Shown: positions 36,967 to 50,700 of the stretch, one piece after another
Numbering within the stretch: the first letter of the stretch is position 1
Layout of the letters: every line of letters begins with the position of its first letter
Assembly: GCF_006345805.1 (NCBI RefSeq)
Contig: NC_043010.1
Coordinates: 36,022,001 to 36,086,000, forward strand
Reading direction: 5' to 3'
Source of the DNA: Octopus sinensis
Taxonomy: Eukaryota
Length of the DNA: 64,000 bases
Position numbers and translations under genes: made by a program
The notes under the pieces: generated by a model
Seen by the model: the letters and a program-made list of their open reading frames with translations, nothing else
The model's database searches: none
Told to the model about the DNA's origin: nothing

Positions 36967-39601
36967 CTGCAAGAGAAAAGCAAATCTAAAACATTATCCC
37001 CAATCAAGAAATGTGTGTAATTACATATATATGTATGAGGTGAAGTCAGAAATTATCAACACTTTCACAATAACATCATCATCATCATCATCATCGTTTA
37101 ACGTCCACTTTCCATGCAGGCATGGGTTGGACGATTTTGACTGAGGGCTGACGAACCAGATAGTTGCACCAGGCTCCAATCTTGATTTAGCAGAGTTTCT
37201 ACAGCTGGATGCTCTTCCTAATGCCAACCACTCCAAGAGTGTAGTGGGTGCTTTTTACGTGCCACCGGCATGAGGGCCAGTCAGTTAGTACTGGCAACGA
37301 CCTTGCTCGAATCCTTTTACACATGGCACCAGCACAGGTGCCAGTAAGACGACTTTGGTAACGATCATGCTCGAATGGTGCCCTTTTACGTGCCACTGGC
37401 ATGGAAGCCAGTTGGCTGCTCTGGCAACGATCACACTCGGATGGTGCTCTTGGCATCCTACTAGCACGGGCACAAGTGCCAGTAAGGCGAGTAACATACC
37501 TTTATTATTGTCATATTGTCTTCTGTGCAGGCGTGCTTATAGTTGGTACTATAGGGGGCACGTGATCAGAGTTTGAGCCTGATCACAACATTTTTCTTTC
37601 TGGCTTTACAGTGTAAGCATGGCCACTCCACTAGCAATAGAACAAAGAGCAGTGATCCAAGAGACAGTAAAGGTGAACTGGTTCACCATTACCATCTCTT
37701 GGGCTTGCTGAATCTTCTCATCAGTGGTGGAGGTTGTCCTGCTTCCTCTTCATGCGTCATGCTTGTCCAGTCACTTATAAACTTCTTGATCCACTCATAC
37801 ACACTTCTATGTGGTAGAGCACTGTCCCCCGTTTTGTGCTAAAAGCCACCAATGAATTTTAGCACCTGACACAACTTTCATCCAGTGAAATTGGATCACT
37901 GCTCTTTGTTCTCCTTTGGTGCTCATTGCTAGTGGAGTGGCCATGCTTACACTGTGAAGCCAGAAAGAAAAAGGGTACAATCAGGCTCAAACTTCCATCA
38001 CATGACCACAATAGTACCAACTATAAGCACACATGCACAGAAGTGAGTGTGACAATAATAAATATATGTTATGGCAAAAGTGTGGATAATTTTTTACTTC
38101 TCCTTGTACGTGGGTGTATGTCTGTTTGAACGCATGTGCGTGTGTGCATGCATATGTGCATAAAGGCACATGTACATGTATAGATGTATATGCAAGCATT
38201 TACATGTTATATGCATTATGCCTTCTCTCAGACTCCTATAGACTACCTAACCATGCCATCTCCCTCTTTTGCTGTCCCCACTGGCAACTGTATCATCTTA
38301 CTATTCTTGCTGATCACCACCATCTTCTCTCCCTTCTACATTCCTCTATCTTCCTCAGCCCATTGCTTTTTGCCCATCCGCTCTTCAAACCCTACCCATT
38401 TTGGCAGCCTGACCCCCAACTCATTCTCTTTACCATACAATCTTGCAAACCAGCCAACCATCCAACCACCCACTTCTACTCAGTGTGTACCTTGTGTGGG
38501 CCACCAGTGCAACTCATCAGCATTATCTCTTGCAGCTCCTACAGACCATTTTCTCTCTCAACCTTTACCTTACTACATGCGAGTAACTACGCAGGTCCTT
38601 CTACAAGAATCTGTTCTGCCCACTCCAGCTCCCACCTTATCAATACACACATAAATAAATATACACATTCAAAACACATACAGATGCACACAAACACACA
38701 CTACATATGATGCTAACTAACATAGTGAAGAACACCATTGTGCAATGAAGGAAAATCCTTACCATCAATCGTGAGGAATGCAAGGAATTTGCCAGGAAAC
38801 TTCCCTGTTTTCAGTTCAACCTGAAATGGAAATAAAGACTTGGTTAAAACTTAGTATTTCAAAGAGTTTCATTTTTTATCTTTTACTTGTTTCAGTCATT
38901 AGACTGCGTCCATGCTGGGGCACTGCTGTGAAGCATTTTAGTCAAGCAAATTGACTCCAAGTACTATTTTTTCTCTTTTTTTTAAAGCCTGCTGCTTATT
39001 CTATCACTCTCCCTTGTCAATATTCTAACTTACAGGGATGTAAACACACCAACACCAGTTGTGAAGCAGCAGTGGGGGATGAACACACACATGACAAGCT
39101 CTTTCAGTTTCCGTTTACCAAATCCAGTCACAAGGCTTTGGCCGGCCTGAGACTATAGTAGAAAACACTTGCCCAAGGTGCCACTCAGTGGGACTGAACC
39201 CAGAACCATGTGGCTAAGAAGCAAGCTTCTTACCACACAGCCACACACACACACACACATACATACATATATACATACATACACACACGACAGGCTTCCT
39301 TCAGTTTCTATCTATTAAATCCACTCAAAAGCTGGTTGGTCCAAGGCTATAGTAGAAGACACTTGCCCAAGGTAGCGCACAGTGAGACTTGAACTTGGAA
39401 CAATGTGGTTGGGAATCAAACTTATTACCACACAAACACACTTACACCTATTCTTACCACACAGCCTCACCTGTGCGGTGTTGTGGTGTGGTGAGCATGA
39501 TATAGAGAGGGTGTTATAGCCACTAACCAGCTGTAGAGGCTTTGTTTATTTTCAAAAGGACACTAGGATAGGCTACAGTGAATACAGCCCTAACACATGC
39601 T

Positions 39602-39634
<33 letters not shown>

Positions 39635-42600
39635 GTGCACAAGCCTTCCTATATTCTCATGCATACATATACAATCAAACAAAATTAAAAACAGAGTTGC
39701 TTTGCTTACTTTTGATATATTACCTGGGCAGGCCAACCTGTATATGGCCCAAACCTCCTGCCAATTTCCTGGAAAAAAACAACAGCAATAATAATAATAA
39801 TCCTTTCTACAATTGGCACAAGGCCTGAAATTTTGGGGAGGGGAGTAGTCGATTACATTGACCCCCAGTGTTTCACTGGTACTTTATCAACCCTGAACGA
39901 ATGAAAGACAAAGTCAACCCCAGCAGAATTTGAACTCAGAACATCCTGATGGATGAAATGCCACAGCATTTTACCTGGCATGCTAACAATTCTGCCAGCT
40001 CGCTACCTTAACAACAACAACAAAAACAATAACGATTTCAAATTTTGGCACAAAGCCAGTGTTCAATTGATACATGTTTATCAACCCTGAAAGGATGAAA
40101 GGCAAAGAAGACTTTAGAACATAAAGACATACAAAAATGCTGCCAAGCATTTTGCCCAGCGTAAGAATGATTCTGCTAGCTCACTGCCTTATATAATAAT
40201 AATAATAAATGCCAGGCAGTGGCTCTCATGGCTTCTGATCTTAACTGATTGGAAGTGTTATCATGTACATTGTTTTGTCTTGGTATGAAAATATTCTGCT
40301 CAATACCACAGATTTGCTTGTCAGTTGTTTGACCATAACCAGTTGAGCATGTCCCTTAGTGGCTGACAATCTGTGCATCTCTGATCACGGGCAGAAGTAG
40401 CTGGGAAGCATCATAGCCGTGTGTTGAAAGGAATTCTTGGAGGTTTGGATAATTCACCTTTGGAAACATGGGTGTTTCATTCAACGTCCTTAACCCTTTC
40501 GTTACCAACCCGGCTGAAACCGGCTCTGACTCTGAGTACAAATGTCTTGTTTTCACAAGTTTTTAATTAAAATCTTCCACCAGACTTTAATCACAATTTA
40601 TGTTCCTAACACTAGCTTAATGATAACTAAGTTATTTTACTAAATTCTTTGTTCTATTTAAAGTAATTGAAAGAAACACAGAGCATCTCAAAATAAATAC
40701 AGTAACAAAAGGGTTAAACAACCCTTATTCAGGGACCTTTTGAGTGGGATGGGTTGGTTACTCAACCAGAAGAAAATTCTAACTGGGCCCCACCTGCAAG
40801 GTCATGCGCTGTTTATCTTGATATGAGATCACCATGTTGCACACATATAGTTGTGATGCATGTGCCTGGTGTACCCTTATCAGACAGGTACTCATGATGG
40901 GTATACTGGGCTTCATATATTTTAACCCAGTGTCACTTTGATGGCATGCACTGCTCTCTCACTCAATAATAATAATAATAATAATGCACATATATTTAAA
41001 CAAATGAAACAAACAAAAATTTAATTAGAAAAAGAAATTGTGAAAATTTTTTTCCTCTCTTTCCCCTGAACCATATTAAAATACTGAAATTGTTCAAGTG
41101 AGATTGAATCCCTGATGAACTTGACAGAGTCAGAATCTCTCAGGGACAGAGTTGAAAAATCTCTTGGAATAGGAAGAGATTTGTACTGAAGAATTTTAGT
41201 TGAATAAACCCACCCCACTACGTTTATTTCTGAAGCCTTGTACTTATTCTTTAGTCTCTTTTGCTAGACCGCTAAGTCATGAGGATGTAAACACACTGAC
41301 ACTAGTTGTGAAGCAGTGGTGGAGGACAAACACAAAGACACACACACAAGAAAAAAATTACTGAGGGAAAAGATCAGTTAGGGTTAGGGTACCAGTTGAA
41401 TGCTGGGGTTGATGTAATTGATTAGCCCCTCCCTCGAAATTACTGGTCTTTTGCCAAAAGATCAGTTTCAGAGTTTAGAATTTAAAGAAAAACATGAAAA
41501 TAATAATTTAGAATTTAGAGAAAAATGTGAAAATAATAATAGACCAAAGTAAAAAAAAAGCATATGTTTAAATTTGAAGTGAATCAGTGAATTCAATGTT
41601 GAAAACAAGAGTTTAATCAGAAACCTCCAGATGTTCACAAATGCAATGCAAAAAAAAACCCATATATCAAAACAAAATTAACACACCTGCCTTGAAGATG
41701 TTCTGAGATTCGCAAATTGGTAATTGGTCATTCTAGAAGATAGAAGAGTAAAATATAAAAGAGTTATTGTAATCAGATTTCACACTGAAACAAAAAAAAA
41801 ACCTTCATACAGACATGTGCACACACACACACACACACACACACATGCATGCATAACTGTGCATGCAACAGACAAATTGTGCTAGCACCTCCTAAATATT
41901 GCCTAAAGATACAAGGAAGTTATGGTTATAATGCCATTGCTTATAAGTCTGATGACCAACAGCAACAGACCGTATTTAACTCCTTTCTCTTTGGCATCCA
42001 CAAGAAGCATACTAAAAACAGAATAAAAAGTATATGAAAGGATTGTCAGCTTACCTCCCTTGAAAACCTCTGGTAAGTGCTCAATTGACTGTCAGTGGCA
42101 GAGGGCAAGTGGATGGTTAGAGCCAGTTGTTTCATTGTAGGACAACTTGCAGCAATGCACATACTGCCATTCATTAGAGATAGTAAGTCAAGTAGCTGTA
42201 AGTTGATGGATAAGTAGGTTAAGGACAGAGTACAATTAATGATGGAAGATTCTAGAAAGGGGATGAGAGAGACAAGCAGAATGACAAAACAAAACGGAAC
42301 GTAGAAGTATAAAATAATAATATATTTTGTAACAGGATCTTTAACACAAATGCAAAAGTGGTTCTGCGGCACATGTGTGAGACAAAGTGAGTCACAAAGT
42401 TCTCCTTCAACAAGATCCAAACATCTGTGAATAAATGTGCATCGCCTTACTAGCACTTGAAAAAACATTCAAGCGAGGTCGTCGCCAGTGCCGCTGGACT
42501 GCCTCCTATGCAGGTGGCACATAAAAAGCACCATTTGAGTGTCGCCGTTGCCAGTACCGCCTGACTGGCCCTCGTGCCGGCTACACTCTCGGTGTGGTTG

Positions 42601-44652
42601 TCGTTAGGAAGGGCATCCAACTGTAGAAACTCTGTCAGATCAGACTGGAGTCTGGTGCAGCCATCTGGTTCGCCAGACCTCAGTCAAATCATCCAACCCA
42701 TGCTAGCATGGAAAGCGGGCGTTAAACGATGATGATGATGATTTCCTTTGGGTGAGAGGGCGAAACAAATTCAAAAACCAAGCCTTGTGGAAAAAAGGCA
42801 AACCAACAACCTACTGAAACCAAGACCTAGAGAAGGAAATGGGGTTAGCTGCATCAAATGCTATGGAAACCTGTTATCAACATTACAAAGCAAGCCCTCC
42901 GGTGTGACACTCCAAAGGAGATGCAAGTGTGGCAGGCCAAAAACAAAATGAAGATCCATTGAAACTGTAGAGGTGTATGGCCTAGTGGTTGGGGTATTGG
43001 ACTCATGATCATAACATTGTGGTTTCAATTCCTGGACCGGGCAACAAGTAGTGTTCTTGAGCAAAGCACTTCATTTCATGTTGCTCCATTCCACTCAAAA
43101 AATGAGTAATCCTGCAACGGACTGGTATCCCATCCAGGTAGGGAATTTATATGCCATGGAAACCGGCCCTTATGAGTTAGCATGATTCAAGAAGATAACT
43201 TAGGTAACTTTACAGAAACTGAACACTGACAGGGGAATAAATGTAATCAATTACCACAGATCAAAATCGATAGAGATATTTTATTGACACCCTATGCTCA
43301 ACATGGAGTTAAAAAAGGATTAAGAAGAAGATTTTCTGTTATATGTGAAGTGTATTTTGTTATATCACGTAATTAAAATCTTTTTCTGAAGCATTGTTAT
43401 GTTTTGAAAATCAGACACCTAAAATCATTTTTTATAAAAATACTGGTAAGTTTTTTAGCCATGGCTTCCAGGTTCAGTCCTGCAGCATGGCATTTTTGTC
43501 AAGTGTCTTCTATCATAGCCTGAAATTGACTAAAGCCTTGTGAGCAGATTTGGTAGATGGAAACTGAAAGAAGACTGTCATATACATGTGTGTCAACTGC
43601 TTGTTCCTCATCACTGCTTGACAACCATTGTTGGTGTGTTTATGTCCAGATAACTTAATGGTTTGGCAACAGGCTTTACAAAAAAATATTCATTTGAATA
43701 AAATTGCTCAAGGCAGTGTCCCTGCATGGCCAGTCACATAACTGAAACAAGTAAAAGCTAAAAGATGTATATAATATATCGTTGCTTTTATGCAAAAGTG
43801 TCGTTAAGTCCAAAACATTGCTTTTTCAGAAAATGAAAAATTAGTTTCACCATTCCATAGCAAAATCATTGTAATCATCATCATCATTATCATCATCCAG
43901 TGTTTTAAGTCTGAGTTTTGTTCCCATTAATGGGGGTGGCTGGACCTACTTCAATGCCATAGCAACTGAGGCAGGCAGGTGCAGCCCACCACAACCTTTG
44001 GACTAGCTGGTGCCCATTCTCCCTTGCTATCATGAAGCATTTTTGGAGCTGGATTTTCTACAGGGAGCATGCCCTTGCTTAATACACTTTGACAATTTTT
44101 GATGTCTTGGCATCTGAAGCAGCTGGAGATACAATAGTTTGACAAAAAGAACTGGCTATTGCAAGCAAAAGTAAATATTGAAAAAAGAACATATTTGGCT
44201 AAATTTGGACATACAACAGTTTAACACAATAGCAATGATATATATTCTTTTATTGTTTTACTTGTTTCAGTCATTTTGACTATGACCGGGCTGGTGCACC
44301 GCCTTTCAGTGGAAGAAATTGACTCCTGAACTTATTCTTTGTAAGCCTGGTACTTACTCTATTGGCCTCTTATCCCGAACCACTAAGTTATAGGGATGTA
44401 AACACACCAAGATTGGTTGTCAAGCAATGGTGGAGAGACAAACAGAGACACAAACACACAAAGATGGATGGATGGATAGATATACATGACAGGCTTCTTT
44501 CAGTTTCCGTCCACCAAATCCACTCACAAGGCTTTGGTTGGCCCAAGGCTATAGTAGAAGACACTTGCCCAAGGTGCCGTACAGTGGAACTGAACCAGGA
44601 ACCATGTGGTTGATAAGCAAGCATCATACCAGACAGCCACGCCTGCACCTAT

Positions 44653-44698
<46 letters not shown>

Positions 44699-44994
44699 AT
44701 AATAATAATAATTGTGTACAGTGCTCAGGTGCACTACAACTCATCTAAAGTGTATATATAATCAGGTGTAGTTTCGGCGGATTTCGGAAAGCATGAGGGC
44801 CTTAAAGGATGCAGTGTCATGACAGTCAACAACTGACGCAGGCAGTTTATTCCATGCTTCAGCAACTCTGAGCGTGAAAAAATGTTTCCGAAAGTCATGG
44901 GAGCTGTGTTGTTTTCTGACTTTGTAGGCATGTCCACGTGTGTTAGACACATGGAGATCAAAAAGGTGTTCAGTGTTGTTGTTGGTGAGGTGGT

Positions 44995-45032
<38 letters not shown>

Positions 45033-45696
45033 TATATAATATATATATATATCAAATATATATTTTTAAATTTATATATTTTCCTAACATTCAATTCCGA
45101 GTGCTTTCTGTGAAAATTTTGCATATTCTATGTAAGCAGCCCATATCTTTGTGGACATTCAGTGTAAATGACCCATTTCTTTGTACATATTCAGTGCAGG
45201 TGACCTATATTTTTATGCATATTCAGTGCAAGTGACCTACATATCTGTAGTTGTTTGGTTGCTCCAACTTAACTTGTAGAATAGCATCAACTTGACTTCA
45301 AATAAGAATCCCCTTGGGAAGAACTTGACCACAAAGACTGTGCCTAGTTTGGCAAGTTTGGCGCAACAAACTTGAATTCCATTTATAATATAGTTCCAAG
45401 TGGAAAATGCTGTTTCACTGGAGACAACAATATATTTCTGCATATTCTATGCAAATAACCCATATTCAGTGCAAGCTATTTATATCTTGGTGCATATTCT
45501 GCACAAACGCCCTATACTTGTAGCACGCAACCTATAATTTTGTACACATTGGTTGCAAATAACCTACATATGGCACAAATGATACACATTTTCGTGAATA
45601 TTTGTCACAAATAACATCTCTTCAATACTGATTTTATTCCTTATGGCTTAATATGATTGTTGGTTTGTTTCCCTTATATATGTGTATGTATATATA

Positions 45697-45783
<87 letters not shown>

Positions 45784-46019
45784 CTTACTTGGAAGAGGAT
45801 GCATGGCATTCAATCATATAATAATATCAATAATATATATACAGGTGCAAGAGTGGCTGTATGGTAAGTAGCTTGCTTACCAACCACATGGTTCCGGGTT
45901 CATTCCCACTGCATGGCACCTTGGGCAAGTGTCTTCTACTATAGCTTCGGGCTGACCAAAGCCTTGTGAGTGGATTTGGAAGACAGAAACTCAAAAGAAG
46001 CCCGTCGTATATATGTATG

Positions 46020-46068
<49 letters not shown>

Positions 46069-47179
46069 GTGTGTATATGTTTGTCCCCCCAACACCGCTT
46101 GACAACCGATGGTGGTGTGTTTACGTCCCCGTAACTTAGTGGTGTGGTAAAAGTGACCGATAGAATAAGTACTAGGCTGCCAAAGAATAAGTCCTGGGGG
46201 TCGATTTACTCAACTAAAGGCGGTGCTCCAGCATGACCGCAGTCAAATGACTGAAACAAGTAAAAGAGAAAAAGACAGAGAAAGATATATATATGCATAT
46301 GTGGGCACAGGACACCATGAAACGAGTACAACAAAAAATTACAAAGCACGAGTACATGGAACATGAACTATTCTTTCAAACAAATGGAAAACAAAACAAA
46401 CAACATAAAAAAACGACCCTTCATCAGTTGTTGGTTGTTTTTCTAGTCTCGTATTTCGAGCATTTAACAACAATATATATATATATATATATATGTCATA
46501 TTTGGAGATGGCAATTTGTTTTTTGCCAATAAACACACACACTATTTATTTGATCTGCTCTACCTTTATTATTATCATTATTACTAGTTGATGTCGAAAC
46601 GCAGAGTAGACGAAACAGGGACAACTGAAGAAGGGGAATATTCCTTGTGTTGTATGTCTTGTACTCTGTTTTTTCGTTGTTTGAAAAAAAGTTTGTTTCC
46701 ATGTTTTTGTTTTTATGTTTTCGTTTCTCATCGTGTTCAACGTTTTTTTGATGTTCTGTACCCATATATGCATGTATATATACATATAGATGTAGGTATG
46801 TACATATATCATCATCATCATCGTTTAACATCTGCTTTCCATGCTAGCATGGGTTGGACGGTTCAACTGGGGTCTGGGAAGCCCGAAGGCTGCACCAGTC
46901 AGATCTGGCAGTGTTTCTACAGCTGGATGCCCTTCCTAACGCCAACCACTCTGAGAGTGTAGTGGGTGATTTTATGTGCCACCGACACAGGTGCCATATA
47001 TGTATGTATATATGCATATATTTATATATTATTTATATTATTATATATATAAATGGAGAGAGAGACACAGACAGACAAAGAGAAAGAGGGGGTAGAGAGA
47101 GAGAGTAGCAGGTAAAAGAAAGAGCAAGAAGGAAACTTCAGAAACCTGAGAAAAAAAGTTGGGAACAGAGAAAGGGTAA

Positions 47180-47222
<43 letters not shown>

Positions 47223-47694
47223 ACTAAGTACATGAAGCATGAACCAAAAACAAACTGTTCTCACCTGATCACATGATACATGAGATAAATCAGGCCAAGG
47301 TTCACCATAAATGCGAAGACGTGCTATACCGCAACCTGACAGAGAAGAAGGATATTCATTAAAACGAAAAATATAGAATTATGGTGGAGGTCACAACACA
47401 CACACTTTGACACTGACCCAACAGGATTTTAGGCTGCCCAACCAATATGTTTACAAGTTTTAATGTTACTTAGTGTATAAACAATACGCATGCAGGCAGG
47501 AGGTACAATTGCTGTGTGATTCATGTGCTAGACTACTGAAAATGTGTAAAGAAGTAGAAACATCTCCAAAGCTCCAATAGGCTCTTTCAGGAACTAACGC
47601 TCAAGTTGGGAGACATGAGACATGTAAACGCATACAAGGTAAGCTGCCAGCCTGTCACAAGTAAGTATTTCCAGATGATCATGCGTATATGTAT

Positions 47695-47740
<46 letters not shown>

Positions 47741-50700
47741 CACTTCATATACACAATGTAAAGATGCAAGCTACTAACAGTTTCTTGTATTAGAGACACA
47801 GGTCTAGGCAGGTTTTTATAATACACTGTGTCTCCACATTTATACCACAGTAAATTATATATATATATGAGTGTGTGTGTGTGTGTGTGTGTAAATATAT
47901 ATTGATATGGCTGGGTGATTAAAAAGTCTGCTTTACAACCATGTCGTTTTGTGTTCAGTTCTACAGTGTGGTTGGTACTTTCTGCAAGTGCCTTCCACTA
48001 TAGTCCTAAGCCAGTTCATAATACTCAGTTGCAGGCAGGTCACTTCACACAGCTAATGGCCTTTAGATGATATATGAATTAAACACAAAAAACACTCTTT
48101 TTTTTTTTTACTTCCCATAAAAACCTTAAAGTTACTTGTTGACTGAATAAAAACCTTGACAGGTAAACCTTGTCTATGTAAAGTCAACATTTGAGGCTGA
48201 GGCTAAATGTAAACTAATGAAACACAACATACCAGAAAACACATTAAGGCGTACATGTGTCCACGGCTTTTTGTGGGAGATTGCAAAGAAATTGTGACAA
48301 CAAGCAAGGTAACCTGGTTCTAATGAGCTTGATGGTACTAATTCTTCCCATTTCTGGAAAATAAACAGAATAAGGAATGAAGGGTAATGGAAGTGGTAGT
48401 AGTAGTGGTGTGGTAATTATTGTAGTAATGATGATGATGATGATGATGGTGGTGGAGGTGGTGGTGATGGTGATGATGGTAGTGCAAGAGTTGAACAAAG
48501 GGGGTGCTGAAAAATTCCTGGCTTTGGGTAAAAGAAAATACAGGAGGATCAGTTAATTATGATCTTATTCAACATATTCCCTGCTCAGATTCACACTCAT
48601 TGCAGTGGTCCTTCAACCCTGTAAAAGAACTTCGAAAGTTGGGCCTCCAGCCAGGCTTTTCACAATACCCTTAAAGCCAAAAACTTTTCAGCACCCCTTG
48701 TATAGTATTGGCAGTAGTTACGATATCAGAAGGGATCAAAGCACTGTTGGGTCAGCTCTGATCAAGCAGACATACAATTAAAGGCAATCCAGCCATGAAC
48801 ATCCCATCTTTCATTCAGACAAACTATATTGAAAAATACATTATTCAATGTCTCCCTTCTTGTTTTTTTTTTTAAGACAACAGGATCTGAACTGAGGTAG
48901 ATTTGGCTGCTATTATTCATAGCAAACAAGACCACATAGAGGCTTGTTTGTTAGCTAATCAGTGATGATGATGAGGAAGAGGAGAATACGAGTGGTGGAG
49001 ATGATGTTCTATTGGGAAACATTACAGGAATTATAGCAGTGATAATGACAGCAATAGCGCTTACAATAGTATTGGTGATGGTGGTGTGGTGTTGATGATG
49101 GAGGCAAAAAGTTGTAAATAAATTAAGAAAAAAATAAAAAGAAAGAACTAAAATATATCAAAAAATATACCGTATTTGGTGAGATCTGACCAGATTCCAG
49201 AGCAGCCCCTTCAAAAGAAATTCGACGGGCATGGTTTGCAATGAAATAGGATGTGTCTATTTCAACACCATGCAATATTCCAGGAACACCTAATAATAAA
49301 AACAAACAAAAGAAAACAAATAATATTTGGAGAACATCTGGACACCAGAATGGTGTGGTTTAGAAATCAACTGTTATCAAGAAGGCACTAAGCTAGCAGA
49401 ATTGTTAGCATACCAGACAAAATGCTTAGCGATATTTTATCCATCTTTATGTTCAGAGTTCAAATTATGCCAAAGTCAACTTTGTCTTTCATTCTCTTTT
49501 GGGGGTCGATAAAATAAGTACCAGTTCAACAAAAGGGATGATGTAATCAACTTAGTCCTTCCTTTGAAATTGCTGGACTTTTGCTAAAATTTGAAATTAT
49601 TATTATTATTGTTAAGGTGGCGAGCACACAGAATTGTTAGCACGCTGGACGAAATGCTTAGCAGTATTTCATCTGCCACTACAATCTAAGTTCAAATTCC
49701 GCAGAGGTTGACTTTGCCTTTCATCCTTTCGGAGTCAATAAAATAAGTACTAGTTGAACACTGGTAAGTCTATGTAATCGACTTAACTCTCCACCCAAAA
49801 TTGCTGCCCTTGTGGAAAATTTTGAAACCATTATTATTATCATTATTATTAAGGCAGCAAGCTGGCAGAATTGTTAACACACTGGGCAAAAAGCTTAGCA
49901 GCATTTTGTCTGTCTTTTACATTCTGATTTCAAATTCTGCCAAGGCCAACTTTGCCTTTCATCCTTTTGGGGTCAATGAAATATGTACCAGTTGAGCACT
50001 GGGGTCGACGTAATCAACTAGCCACTTCCCCCAAAATTTCAGGCCTTGTGTCAATGGTAGAAAAGATTATTAAAAGTAAACATAAAAACAAGCATTTTAT
50101 ATATATATCATCATCATCATCATTGTTGAACGTCCGTTTTCCATGCTGGCATGGGTTGGATGGTTCGACTGGGGTCTGGGAAGCCAAGAGGCTGCACCAG
50201 GCCCCAGTCTGATCTGGCAGTGCTTCTACGGCTGGATGCCCTTTCTAACGCCAACCACTCTGAGAGTGTAGTGGGTGCTTTTTATGTGCCACCGGCACAG
50301 AGGCCAGAGGAGCTGGCATCAACCTCAATTGGATGGTGCTTTTTACGTGCTACCAGCACAGGGCTCACAACTACAATTTCCATTTGATTTGATTTTGATA
50401 TTGCTGTTGATGTTGATGTACTTGACTCAATAGGTCTACTCAAGCATGGTACACATTGCATATGCATGCATGCATGCAGAGATGGATGATGAATGGAGAG
50501 ACAGATATCATCATTGTTGTAACATCCAGTTTTCCATTCTTGCATGGATCAAACAGAATTTGTTGAGGCGAATTTTTTCTACACATGTGCATGCACACAC
50601 AGAAACATATGACTAGTTCCTTGAAGTATTTGTAGTAAATTTCACTCATAGAGCATTGACAAACCCAAGGCCAAGCTAGAAGAAACTTGCCTGTAGATGA

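Noticed and set aside
37230-37490. Repeat-spacer-like array (CRISPR-like)
   Set aside because: These are degenerate units of the RTE-tail retroposon in a eukaryotic genome; there are no cas genes and no unique spacers.
41021-41218. ORF YKSLPIPRDF... as an ALLC-like exon
   Set aside because: It offers no phase-1 donor to join exon 9. The 46-nt exon at 41732-41687 fits the phases and splice signals better.
42196-42468. 5' two-thirds of the 140-aa ORF 42046..42468
   Set aside because: It reads through intronic and pyrimidine-rich sequence. Only 42195-42055 aligns to allantoicase and matches the required phase.
44085-44155. Acceptor-like site in intron 6
   Set aside because: There is no convincing donor, it runs into a SINE, and the exon chain does not need it.
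46390-46680. CTGATGA/CTGAAGA and GAAA motifs as hammerheads
   Set aside because: Spacing and pairing do not give stems I and III; these are probably PLE-like debris only.
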